Assembly: GCF_963921235.1 (NCBI RefSeq)
Contig: NC_086100.1
Coordinates: 162,626,001-162,690,000 of the forward strand
DNA: 64,000 nucleotides
Direction of reading: 5' to 3'
Source of the DNA: Mobula hypostoma
Lineage: Eukaryota
Below, piece by piece: positions 11,443 to 24,009 of this stretch (positions are counted from its first letter, which is position 1; every line of letters starts with the position of its first letter). The position numbers and the translations under genes are program-made. The notes beneath the pieces were generated by a model, which was not told the DNA's origin, made no database searches, and was given only the letters and a program-made list of their open reading frames with translations.

Positions 11443-14160
11443 TCAAAGTTCAAAGTTCATTGTAATTTTATTATCAATGAACATAAATGTCACCATATAC
11501 AACCCTAACATTTGTTTTCTTACGGCCATACTCAGTAAATCCAATAACCATAATAGAATCAATAAAAGACCGCAGGCAACCAGTATACAAAAGACAACAA
11601 ACTGTGCAAATACAAAATGTTAAAAATAATAATAAATAAGCAAAAAATATCAAAAATATGAGGTGAAGAATCCCTGAAAGTGAGTCCATTGGTTGTAGGA
11701 GCAGTTCAGCGATGGGGCAAAAGAAGTTATCTCTCCTGGTTCAAGAGCCTGATGATTGAGGGATAATAGTCATATTCATAGGCATAGTCATGCTTTATTA
11801 ATCCCGGGGGAAATTGGTTTTCGTTACAGTTGCTCCATAAATAATAAATAGTAATAGAACCATAAATAGTTAAATAGTAATATGTAAATTATGCCAGTAA
11901 ATTATGAAATAAGTCCAGGACCAGCCTATTGGCTCAGGATGTCTGACCCAGTTGTAAAGTTTGGCCACAGGCGGGAATGACTTCCTATGATGCTCAGTGC
12001 TGCATCTCGGTGGAACGAGTCTCTGGCTGAATGTACTCCTGTGCCCACCCAGTACATTATGTAGTGGATGGGAGACATTGACCAAGATGGCATGCAACTT
12101 AGACAGCATCCTCTTTTCAAACACCACCATGAGAGGGTCCAGTTCCATCCCCACAACATCACTGGCCTTATAAATGAGTTTCTTGATTCTGTTGGTGTCT
12201 GCCACCGTCAGCCTGCTGCCCCAGCACACAACAGCGAACATGATAGCACTGGCCACCACAGACTCGTAGAACATCCTCAGCATCGTCCGGCAGATATTAG
12301 AGGACCTCAGTCTCCTCAGGAAATAGAGACGGCTCTGACCCTTCTTGTAGACAGCCTCAGTGTTCTTAGACCAGTCCAGTTTATTGTCAATTTGTATCCC
12401 CAGGTATTTGTAATCCTCCACCATGTCCACACTGACCCCCTGCATGGAAACAGGGGTCACCAGTACCTTAGCTCTCCTCAGGTCTACCACCAGCTCCTTA
12501 GTCTTTATCACATTAAGCTGCAGATAATTCTGCTCACACCATGTGACAAAGTTTCCTACCGTAGCCCTGTACTCGGCCTCATCTCCCTTGCTGATACATC
12601 CAACTATGGCAGAGTCATCCGAAAACTTCTGAAGATGACAAGACTCTGTGCAGTAGTTGAAGTCCGAGGTGTAAATGGTGAAGAGAAAGGGAGACAAGAC
12701 ATTCCCCTGTGTAGCCCCAGTGCTGCTGATCACTCTGTCGGACACACAGTGTTGCAAGCACACGTACTGTGGTCTGCCAGTCGGGTAATCAAGAATCCAT
12801 GATACCAGGGAAGCATCCACCTGCATCGCTGTCAGCTTCTCCCCCAGCAGAGCAGGGCAGATGGTGTTGAACGCACTGGAGAAGTCAAAAAACATGACCT
12901 TCACAATGCTCGCTGGCTTCTCCAGGTGGGCGTAGACACGGTTCAGCAGGAAGATGATGGCATCCTCAACTCCTGGTCGGGGCTGGTGGGGGAACTGGAG
13001 GGGATCTTAGTGTGGACTGACCATAGGCCGGAGCAGCTCCAGAACAAGTCTCTCCAGGGTCTTCATGATGTGGGAGGTCAATGCCACCGGTCTGTAGTCA
13101 TCGAGGCCGCTGGGGTGCGGTGTCTTCGGCACAGGGATGAGGCAGGACGTCTTCCACAATACAGGAACCTTCTGGAGCCTCAGGCTCATGTTGAATACAT
13201 GGCGAAGTACTCCACATAGCTGAGGGGCTCAGGCTTTGAGCACCCTGGTACTGACACCATCCGGTCCTGCAGCCTTGCTTGGGTTGAGATGTTTCAGCTG
13301 TCTTCTCACCTGTAGAGCTGTGAAGCCCACCGTGGTGGTTTTGTGTGGGGAAGGGGTATAGTCATGAGAGCAGGGTGGGGGACTGTGAGGAGGGGTAGGA
13401 GGGGAGAGTGGAATATGTGTTGCTTGGGGGCCGACAACAGATGACTTATGTGTGGGATGGACAGGGGCCACACTGTCAAATCTGTTAAAGAACAGGTTAA
13501 GTTCATTGGCCCTGTCCACACTGCCACAGTCAGGAACTAATGACTGTTCCTGAACCTGGTGGTGTGAGCCCTGAGGCTCTTGAACCCTCTTCGTGATGGC
13601 AGCAGTGAGAGGAGAATGTGACCTAGAGTGGTGGGAGTCCCTGATGATGGATGCTGCTTTCCTGTGACAATGCTTCATGTAGATGTGCTCGATGGTTGGA
13701 AGGACTTTACCCATGATGGACCATATCCACTTCTTTTTGTAGGATTTTCCTTTCAAGGGGATTGCTGTTTCCATACCAGGGCTGTGATGCAGCCAGTCAA
13801 TATACTCTCCACCACACACCTTTAGAAGTATGTCAAAATTTAGATGTTATGCTGAATCTTTACAAACTTCTCAGGAAGTAGAGATGGTGCCCTGCATTTT
13901 TTTTTGCAATTGCACTTGCGTGCTGTGCCCAGGACAAATCCCCTGAAAGGATACCGCAAAGGAATTTAAAGTTGCTGATCCTTCCACCTCGGATCCCCCA
14001 ATGAGGACTAGGTCATGGACCTCCAGTGTCCTGCTTGTGAAGTCAATAATCAGCTCCTTGACCTTGCTGACATTGAGTAAGAGGTTGCTGTTGTGGCACC
14101 ACTGAGACAGATTGTCCGTCTCCCTCCTATATTCTGATATCATACCACTTGACTGACCTT
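11443..14160 (-). mobile_element. Older Rex1/Babar LINE (host), interrupted at 11764-13541 by a younger Rex1 copy
   Basis: SEYRRETDNLSQWCHNSNLLLNVSKVKELIIDF in ORF 13871-14425. Host sequence resumes across the insert (ggttcaagagcctgatgattgagggataat ... taatgactgttcctgaacctgg). Tail (tcaaagt)n near 11443-11458. Confidence 0.85.
11766..13525 (-). mobile_element. Young 5'-truncated Rex1/Babar LINE, copy 1, with (CTATGA)n tail
   Basis: RT motifs [41 protein letters not shown] and KFSDD. AATAAA followed by ctatga-type repeats on the - strand. Close paralogue of 44809-46513, with a few disruptions. Confidence 0.95.
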
Positions 14161-14989
14161 CACTGTCTGCCTTTAGATTAACTGGCTCTGCTGATGACAT
14201 ATGGAACATATTGATTGAACTTTTCTTTTCCCACTTTCCTTGCTGAGTAACATTATTGACATGACAGGAAATGAATTTATAATCTGATAAATATATATAG
14301 GAGCTGGTCATTGATGAAATGCCTTTGTTGGGAATCATTGTTCTGCTCTGGTAACTGAAGAGCTTAAAATGATATTTAATAGCCTGTGTGATGAGGTAAA
14401 ATTCTTTCATCCATATACATAGCAATATGTTGAAACGATTCAGATGAGCATTACATAATGTCCCATGAAATTACATAACTTATTCACTATTGAATGGAAG
14501 AGATATATGGATATTTTTAATTAAATTTTTGAATACATTTAGGTACTTTACCTAACAAGAATTCTCATTTTTTTTATCTCAAGGCCAGACCAGAAGAATT
14601 GTAGAATTGGTGGGAAGAAGGATATTTTTTCTGTACAAAAGACAGTTGAGAAGTGACCTACTGAAGTCCTTCATATTATGAAATTGTAATTGTTTATTTG
14701 TAAGTTGTAATAGTAAATTCAGCAGGTCAGGCTGCATCTGTGGAAATTAATTTTCCAAGTCAAAGACCCTCCTTCAGACCCATAAAGATTTCTGACGGAA
14801 GGTTATCAACCTGAAACATTGACCCTGTTTCTCTCTCCGCATGCTGCCTAATCTGTTAAGTATTTATGAAATTTTTAAAATGTCTATATTTTATGAACTT
14901 TATAATAAATATGAAGAAATATTTTGACTTCCGGCAGAATTTTCAAAACCTTCCAGTTTCAAATACAGGATAGTGACCCATTCAAAAGA

Positions 14990-15808
14990 GAACATAGAAC
15001 ATAGAGCATAGAGAACGTAGAAATCTGCAGCACATTACAGGCCCTTCGGCCCACAATGTTGTGCCGACCATGTAACCTACTCCAGAAACTGCCTAGAATT
15101 TCCCTACCACATAGCCCTCTGTTTTTCTAAGCTCCATGTACCTATCTAAGAGTCTCTTAAAAGTCCCTATTGTATCCACCTTTATCACCGTCACTGGCAA
15201 TGCATTCCACGCACCCACCATTCTGTGTGAAAAACTTACCTCTGACATCCCCCTTGTACCTATTTCCAAGCACCTTAAAACTATGTCCCCTTGTGTTAGC
15301 AATTTCAGCCCTGGGAAAAATTCTCTGGCTATCCACACGATCAATGCCTCTCATCATCTTATACACCTCTATCAGGTCACCTCTCATTCTCTGTCACTCC
15401 GAGGAGAAAAGGCCAAGTTCCCTCATTCTATTCTCATAAGGCATGCTCTCCAATCCAGGTAACGTCCTTGTAAATCTCCTCTGCACTCTTTCTATAGCAT
15501 GCATATCCTTCCTGTAGTGAGGTGACCAGAACTAAACACAGTACTCCAAGTGGGGTCTAACCAAGGTCTTATATACAAACATAGCTGTGGCATTACCTCA
15601 CAGTTGATGAAGGCCAACACACCACCACACATCATCTCAGCCACAGTGTCGACCTGCGCAGTAGCTTTGAGTGTCCTGTGGACATGGACCCCATGATCTC
15701 ACTGATCCTCCACACTGCCAAGAGTCTTACCATTAATATTAAATTCTATTTTCCGATTTGCCCTACTATAATGAACCACTTCACACTTATCTGGGTAGAA
15801 TTCCATCT
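14990..15808 (-). mobile_element. CR1 LINE 3' fragment with (TTCTATG)n tail
   Basis: RGDLIEVYKMMRGIDRVD...TRGHSFKV (ORF 15157-15387). Tail reads agaacatagaacatagagcatag on the + strand. Confidence 0.9.
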
Positions 15809-16619
15809 GAAGGAAAAACAGAAAGTACTGGGAATGTTCAGCAGTTCAAGCAGCATCTGAGGAGAGAAAGCCACTGATCAGTAGAGAAATCACATGTTTT
15901 ACGTTGCGCAGAAGGTGAAGATAGAGAAATTAGAAGGGAATGTCTGTGATAGGATGGAAACTGAGACAGCCTGAATAGAGAATGTTGAGGACTTGTTAAT
16001 AGTAGCTATTCTACCTGAGAGGATGTACAGTAATTACCTGAACGTAATGAATGCAGTACAGAGAGAAACACAGAAATGATGATGAAACTGAGGTACAGAC
16101 AGTGCATTCTTCTAGAAATTTGAAATAAAATGTTATTGAAATTGAATGATAATTTCAAAAAAGTAGTTTCTCTCAAAGAGAATGCGAAACTCAGTACCTC
16201 AGATGAAAAAAGTAGCATTGAAGCACTTGGGGAGGGGGGAGGAATGAAAAGAAGGGCAGATTGAGTAAGAAATGTGTGGATCATTGGCCCATTAGACAGT
16301 AACCTATTCTTGTGCTAGGAAATTCTATGTAACTTGACTGGATTCTGCAGGAAGTGGAATAGATTACGTTACTCTCGAGAGCTCAGATTTCAAATGCACA
16401 ATATGTCACTCATCAGCCTTTTATCTTGCTGCTTCATCATTGCTGTTTGAGTGAGATTGCTGTGTATTAATTGCTGTACATGTTTCCCGTGTACCTAAAG
16501 TGATTCCATTTAAAAATACTTCAGTGGCTATAATCCACAGACTGAAAAACAGAAGAAAACTACAAGATGTTCCTTCTTTCACATCAAGGGTATGCACCAA
16601 TGTGAACATACAGATTTAT

Positions 16620-16940
16620 GACTTTACAGGTCACCATTTTGGCCCAGTAGATCCATAGTGACTCCCAGCAGCACAATCCTATCATTTCCATTTCTCTCTG
16701 ATATATGGGCCAACTTCCCTTTGATCTTTTTGCCACCTACCCACATTAGGTGTAACTTTCGTTGATTATTTAGCCTACTAGCTGTGGTGGAAGGCTGAAG
16801 AAAACGTGAGTATCAGGAGGAAACCCATGTGGATAAGGCCAGAATGTGCACGTTCGAAAAAGCTAGCACCCAAGGTCAGGATTGAACCAGGTCCCTTGAG
16901 CTGTCAAGAAGCAGCACCAACTGCTGTGCCACAATGCCAC
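16620..16940 (-). mobile_element. Decayed tRNA-derived V-SINE-like element
   Basis: Reverse-complement B-box (caggattgaacc), V-domain-like ggaggaaacccatgtgg, and a tRNA-like head ending actgctgtgccac. Confidence 0.65.
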
Positions 16941-16998
16941 CTACCATGCTGGACTTGAATTGCCTCAATGTATATTTGAACCTAGATTTTGTCTTCCG

Positions 16999-17076
16999 TG
17001 TAATTTTAAAACAGAAGTGAACTATGTAATTTTAAAACAGAAGGGAACTGTGTAATTTTAAAACAGAAGGGAACTG
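16999..17076 (+). repeat. Tandem repeat, 3 x 26 bp
   Basis: tgtaattttaaaacagaag(t/g)gaact(a/g) repeated three times. Confidence 0.95.
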
Positions 17077-17529
17077 CTTCTGTACGCTCAGCTTAATTCT
17101 AGTTCATTAACAGTTCACTTGTTTACAGTTTTTCCTGATGTCTTCTGTACAAAAGCAGAGGGAATTATTTTGCATATAATCACAGTCTCTTAAATAAAAG
17201 AGAACAATCAAAATAAAGTGGCAGTAGAATTCATGTTTTGGGTTTGTCCCCCAGTAAGTTTGAATCTTTAAAATATTTCATTATTTTACCAGTGACTTTT
17301 ACTAATGCTCCATATATATTCATTACATCCACCAATAAACATCTGAGGTAAACTCATGTCCTTGTCCATTAGCCTGAAGATGAGTGATGGTGAAAACTCC
17401 TTTTTTTTCAACTAAATATTGCCTGCTTCCAACTTGAATACAAGAGTAGATTGGAAACTGTTAACTTGATAACAGGGTATCTGTAATATTCTGTCTAGGT
17501 ATGATGGCATGAACGTCGATTTCCCCAAC

Positions 17530-17905
17530 TTGCAGTAATTTTCCCCTCCCCCTTCTCTTTTCTTCAGTTCCTACTCTGGCCTCTTACTTCTCCTCACCTA
17601 CTTATCACCCTGGGTGCCCCTCCCCCTTCCCTTTCTCCAATGACCCTCACTCCTCTCCTGTCAAATTCCTTCTTCTCTGGCCATTTGCATTTCCCACCTA
17701 TCATCTCCCTGCTTCTTGCTTCAACCCTCCCTCCCCACCCACCTGGTTTAACCTATCATCTTCTGCCTTGTCCTGCTTTCCCCTTCTCTATGTTCTTACT
17801 CTGGCATCTTCCCACTTCCTTTCCAGTTCTGTTGAAAGGACTCTGTTTATCATTTCTGTAGATGAAGATCTGCTAGGTTCCTTCAGCATCTTGTGTATGT
17901 TGTCT
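17530..17905 (+). mobile_element. Penelope-like element 3' region (pyrimidine-rich tract plus decayed pseudo-LTR)
   Basis: Same C/T-rich tract and terminal motifs as the reverse complement of 34622-34975. Confidence 0.7.
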
Positions 17906-18489
17906 GTAAGAAAGGTATTGCATGGTGTTATCTGAGTTAAGTGAAAGCAAAAGGAGATTTGTAACTGTGAGTTTTGGCTTCATAGTCAAGTGGGTACTAT
18001 CTGGAATATGATACAGGTAAAATATAGGCACAACTGCTTAATTTGCATGCAATTTGTAAAAGAATTTGATTGACACCATTTCCGTGCTATCAATATTCAT
18101 TTCATCCATCACTGGCACAGTCATTGCAATGTGTGCCTCTGACAAAATTACTTCCAAAACCAGTGACATAGAGTCATAGAACAGTACAGCATGGGAACAG
18201 CTCATTCAGCCCAACTCAACCACACAGAGGGTGGCAGCTATATTTGCTACCAGAGAAAGTAGGGGAGGTGGGTAAAATTAAGATTTTTTTAAAAAAGCAC
18301 ACTTGGAGAGGAAATGGATAGGAAAGATTTAGAGGACTTTGGTCCAAATGCTGGCAAATCGGACTAGCTCAGTTTGGCAACTTGGATGACATGGTCAAGT
18401 TAGGCTGTTCCATGCTGTATGACACATTGATTTTTCCCTCAGCAGATGCTGCCTCATCTCAGGATATTCCCTGTATTCTCTCATGTTTC

Positions 18490-18755
18490 AGATTCCCCCT
18501 CCATCTTTCCTTTCCTCACTCCTTCTCTCCTTCCCTCAATCTCTCTCACTCTCCCCTTCTCTTCCCACTCACCTTCTCCCTTTCCATCTCCTTTCTTCTC
18601 CCCATTTTCTTGCTCTCTGTCTTCTCTGTATCTCTTCTCTCTCCCACCCTCCCTCCCTCCCTCAAATTCTTTCTCTCCCAACCTCCCCCATCTCTCTCCC
18701 GCTCTCTCTTCCTCTCTTTATCTTTTACCCTCTCCCCTTCTCTCTCCCCTCCCAA
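18490..18755 (+). repeat. Polypyrimidine/polypurine low-complexity tract
   Basis: About 260 nt almost exclusively C/T. It explains the cluster of low-complexity ORFs here. Confidence 0.9.
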
Positions 18756-19477
18756 ACTGTCTTTATTGTCTTTATTCATAAATGAACAAAACAATCCCAA
18801 AACCATTGTGTCACCTGGTCAATCAGTATCTCCATGTTATAGCCAACATTCCCTTCATTCTCTCTACACTTACCCCGCTGCAACATAACAGACACTTGTT
18901 TTCTTCATTTTTTTTTTCCATTAGCTATCCCAGAATGGCTCAATCCCAGGAAATCATAAGGTAATGTGCTGAAAGCTTTCCTGGATTTGTACAAAGGGTC
19001 ATGAGTAAAATTCGCGTCTGCTCAAAGTATTTTTTTCAGTCACGTATCCCCTTTCATTTGCAGAAACTAAATTGAGTGGGGATGATAATTCTACATACTT
19101 TTGAATAGTTGCAAAAAAAAAACTGAGATGAAATGCAAAATAAATTGCTTAAGGTCAGTATCAGAGATCAGTTCTCTAAGTTATTAGAGTTGCAACAGAT
19201 TTCCATGGAGATGCTTGTTATTGCAACTCATTCGGAAAAGGTTTTCAAAGCCATCTGTGTGTGACTCACCAGACCGTTATCGATTAAATGTGTGAAGAGA
19301 CAGATATATAATTTGCTGTTAACCAGAAGTTAGTAGAGATTGGATTGGTACAGCCTTGGGGTTTGTACTTAAATTCTTGTATATAGTGCTTCTTTTTAAA
19401 CTTTACATCTCCCAGTGTTCAAATAAGGGTTTATCTCTGTAGGAATTAGTTAACAAGAATATCACAATCATATACTT

Positions 19478-19644
19478 TGAAATGAGTAAGCCATCAACAT
19501 TTCAAGCCCAGACCCAACAACAGGCCTCAGCCCGAAACATCATCAGTTTACCCTTTCCCATAGATGCTGCCTGACCTGCTGAATTCCTCCAACATTTTGT
19601 GTATGTTGCTTGGATTTCCAGCATCTGCAGATTTACTCTTGTTT
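19478..19644 (+). mobile_element. Penelope-derived fold-back mini-element with 14-bp TSD
   Basis: Short inverted pseudo-LTR piece followed by a direct pseudo-LTR. Flanked by acaatcatatactt (19464-19477) and acagtcatatactt (19645-19658). Confidence 0.8.
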
Positions 19645-20236
19645 ACAGTCATATACTTAATAGCAGAATCTGGACTTGAAAATTCATAATGGGTTATCTA
19701 GGATACAAGCGGTCGAACAGATTGGCATGAAACTTCACCTGGATTGGATGTGTTCAGTGTATTGTATGGTAGCAAGTTTGCCATGTATTAAATCCGCAAG
19801 GTTGAATCTCTGGCATTAACATTTATAAAACACTTTTCAAGAAAAGATGTAAATATGGGTCAGGCTCAAGGAGTCATTGAAGAACAGCAGCTTCGAAAAT
19901 GAGGAAAAAATATGCAAGTAGCTAACATCACATAAAACAAATTATTGAAAGCAACAAAGCAATTTATCTTTTTTTGTAGATTATAGGAACCAGGAGATTC
20001 AATTGTGTTGCACATAATTTTACGGAACAGGCCAGTGAATTGAGAACAAAGTTATTAATGCAAGCACAAGGGTGCTAGGGAAGTGTCATGTTTTGTACAT
20101 TAAATGTTGTTATTGCAAGAATGGAATGCAAGTATGTAACTTGGAAATGGCAGGGAACTCAACCAGCGAGGAATGAAGCAGGTCCATCTGACTGATGTTT
20201 GGGAGCTAGCCATAAAAAGCAGCAACAATGGATGCA

Positions 20237-20668
20237 CAAACATGAGATTTTGCAGGTGCTGGAAATCCAGAGTAGCACACACTAAATGCTGGAAGAACTC
20301 AACAAGTAAGGCAGTCTCTCTTTTCCTCTTACCCCTTTCTCTTCATCTCAACCTTCATCTGATTCTTTCCAACTTCCCTTTCTTCCATGGTCCACTCTCC
20401 ACTCCTATCAGATTCCTTCTTCGTTACCTTTTCCATCTCTCACCTCCCAGCTTCTCACTTCATCTCCCCTCACCCACTCACCTACCTTTCCCCTCACCTG
20501 GCTTCACCTCTCAATTTTTGCTGCTTCCCTTCAGCCGCCTTCTTATTGTGGCTTCTTCTCCCTTCCTTTCCAGTCTTGATGAAGAGTTTCAGCCCAAAGT
20601 GTCAACTGTTTATTCCTCTCCCTAAATGCTGTCTGACCTGCTGAGTTCCTGCTGCATTTTGTGTGTGT
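20237..20668 (+). mobile_element. Penelope-derived fold-back element with 13-bp TSD
   Basis: Inverted pseudo-LTR end, pyrimidine tract, then direct pseudo-LTR. Exact aacaatggatgca at 20224-20236 and 20669-20681. Confidence 0.88.
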
Positions 20669-21229
20669 AACAATGGATGCAACTTTGAAGCACTGATACA
20701 CACTTCAATTGTTCATATTGTAGATGTGCCTCCTGCTAATTTTTGAGGGGTACTTTGGGAGAATCCTGGATAACTCCTTTCTTTGGCTCAGCTGTTCACT
20801 GGCTCTCCATGATGTTCAGCCAAGTGTGAGGGAATGAGTGGGTAGGTGGGGGGAGCATCTCCAGATCTGTCCAGATGCCCCAAGTTGCCCAACTTCTTCC
20901 AGTAGCAGATCTCGTTAGGAATACCAGCCATGGCAATGGCATCAGGCAGATAATGTATGATTTTCTAAGTTTTGATCTGTTAATGTGCACAACCACACAA
21001 ATAGCCTGGAACTTGCATCACTTAAGTATACTGTGACTTGCACAGTGTACACATCCCTCTGTTGCCCTGGAAGAAGCATGCTGGAGTCCTTCCTGTGAAT
21101 TATTGTAACACATTTTAGGTGGGCGAGTAAGATCCTGCAAGTCCCCTTGAATCTTTGCCATCTGCCTAACCTGTGAGACAGTATTTGAATTTTCAGTTAA
21201 TAGTTCTCATCTGCTTCAGTCACAGTGCA

Positions 21230-21760
21230 TGGAGTTATAGAGCCATTGAGACCTTTACAGTACAGAAATACGTCTTTTAGTGCACGCCATGCCTAGTAAG
21301 GTTAAGCTAGTCATATTTAAATGTCTTTCAAATGTCATCATTGTATGGGCCTAAGTCACTTCCTCTTGCAGCTGTTTCCATATATTCACCACCCGATGCA
21401 TAAAAAGTATGTCTTTGTGGTTCCTCTTAAATCTTCCACATCTCACCTTGAATCTATACCTTCTAGTTTTTGATTCCCTTTCTCTGGGGCAAAAATAGTA
21501 CTGCACATTCACATTACATCCCTCATGATTTTCTACATCTATATAAGGTTCACCCTTCAGTTTGCTATTCTCCATTGAGTATAGTTCAGGCCTGTCCAGC
21601 CTTTGCCTATAACACAGGTCCTCAATTCCTGGCTACATTCTCATAATCTTTGCACTTTTTTAATGACATCCTTCCTATAGCAGGATGACCAATGCTGCAC
21701 ACACAGTACTCTAAATGTGGTCTCAGCAATCTTCTACATAACTGCAACATAACCCAACAG
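21230..21760 (-). mobile_element. Decayed CR1 LINE 3' fragment
   Basis: ESKTRRYRFKVR...RVVNIW remnant in ORF 21351-21575 (-). Confidence 0.75.
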
Positions 21761-24009
21761 ATACTGCAGAGAAACTGCTCTTCTGTTTGTCAAGTCTACT
21801 CCAACCACCCAGTTTTCAATGATCCTACATTAATCCCACTTTTTATTCTCCCCATAGTCTCTTCAACTCTTCCACATTCTACCAGTCATCTACACACATA
21901 AGAGGAAATTAACAGTGGTCAGTTAACCTCCAAACCACTGATTTTTGGGGTGAAAGGAAGCTGTAGCACCTGAAAGGATAACATGCCAAACTTGACACAA
22001 AGAGCAGCTGAACTCGGAATTGGATCAAGGGTTCTGGATCCCTGAGGCAGTACTTCCACTAGCTGTGCTACTGTGCTTCCCTTAATGTGCAACAGAAGAA
22101 ATCAAACTCATCAGTTTTTGGTGAAAGCAGAATCACTACCTTCAACCTGAATTTAAGCTGCCTCAGCATCCTTCTTCCGAAGGTAGGATGAAATGAGTCA
22201 ACTTGGCAATTGCTCAAATTGAAAACAGAAATTGCTGGAATGACTCAGCATGTCAGGCAGCATCTGCAAAGAAAAACAGTTAATGTTTTCAGTCTGGTGT
22301 CCCCTTCCAGAATTTGGAAACAGAGAAAAAAGTTATTTTTAATAGCAGAAACAATGTGGGAGGGATGGGGAGAACAAAGGGAATCTAGAACTTAGAGCAT
22401 GGAACTGTACAACACATGGTGTTGTGTTCAAATAATTAAATTATTGAATCCTAATGACGCTAATCTGCCTGTACCTGATCCAAGTCCCTCCATCCTTTGT
22501 TTATTCATGTGTCTATGTAAGAAACCCTTAAACACTTCTACCATATCTGCCTCCACTACCACTCTTAGCAATATATTCAAGGCACCCACCACTCTCTGTT
22601 TAAAAACAAACAGAGTCAAAGAACCTACCCAACCTAGAATTCTCTGTTCTACCCCCTCCCATTGGGCAGAATGTGAAAGAAATATCTGAAAACATGTACC
22701 ACCAGACTCCTATCTCGATGTTATAGACTATTGAATGGTCCCTCAGGATGATAAAATAGGCTCTAGACCTCACAATCTACCATGTTATGGTATTGCAGCG
22801 TATTGATTGCCAACACTGCACTTCCTCTATAAGTGTAACATTTATATTGCATTCTGTTATTGTTTTTCATTGTACTACCCCAGTGTACTGATGGGATGAA
22901 ATGAACTGCATGGATAGCATGCTAAATGTCTTCTACTGTACCTTAGTACATGTGACAATAATAAACCAATTTACATTTCCTTTGAACTTTACCTCCCTCA
23001 CTTTAAATGAGTGCCCTTTAGTACAAGACCGTTCAGGCCTGGGGTGGTGGTGGGGGGAGAAGTCATGACTGTCTATCTATGCCGCATAAATCCGTAAATC
23101 TCTATCAGTTATTTTCATAACTTTCTTCCTCTGATAGGGGAAGAGCAGATGAGTAATTGCCATGTATGACAGAAATAGATTGTGATTCTTTGTTTGTGCT
23201 ATGTGTGGCTAACACCAAGGTTATGGATTGCACCCCACAGTACACCAATAAAAGGACAAAGTTCTGATACCAAAGCAAAGAAAGAAAGTGTTAACTAAGT
23301 ATAAGGAAAATAAAATTAAGTCCATAAAACTCCAAATTGTCCTGACAGAATATGAGAGCTTGTTCCTCAAGTCTAGCTGGACTTCGTTATTTCTTTTAGT
23401 ACATTGCAACCAGACAGTAAGTGCAGCAACTGGTGTATACGTAGTACTGGTGTTGAGTATGAGATCTGTAGAAAAATCACATAACAAGACAATAGTTAAA
23501 CCTAAAAATCATGTGTGAAATATATTGCCAACGTGTTTTATGAGAATGGGCAAATGTAATTATCTTGCGAAAAGTGTTGATTGAACTGAGACTGAAGAAT
23601 GGAAAGAGCTAGTCACATTCGACAAGAACTGATTTACTTGACAATTAAACCAACCAGTTTGAAAATTGTCAGTTATAATGTTACAAATGACTTGCTTAGT
23701 TTAGCCCCTTCGCTTGCCTGAGCCTACCCTGAAGCAATTTATAGTTGATAAAATGTAGAACACTTAGTAACTTGGAATTATTACTTGTTATAGCCTTAAT
23801 TATTGACCACTGCCCTCCTGCATCATGGACATGAAAATGTGAACAGAATGAGCAGTTGGCATTTTTATTCTAGGGTAATGCAAATATACAGTACAATACT
23901 TTCTATCCCCAGCTTGCTGCACTTTGGTCACAGAGTTGAGTGAAGGCACAAGTCAGGAGTTCGGGGGAATAGTTTCTACTTACCTGGATCAATTCCACCA
24001 GTTGGAAAT

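Noticed and set aside
16999-17076. 26-bp repeats as a CRISPR-like array
   Set aside because: Head-to-tail repeats without spacers in a eukaryotic context; a simple minisatellite.
18382-18888. Cluster of overlapping Ser/Leu/Pro- and Glu/Arg/Gly-rich ORFs
   Set aside because: Artefact of a polypyrimidine tract that lacks stop codons.
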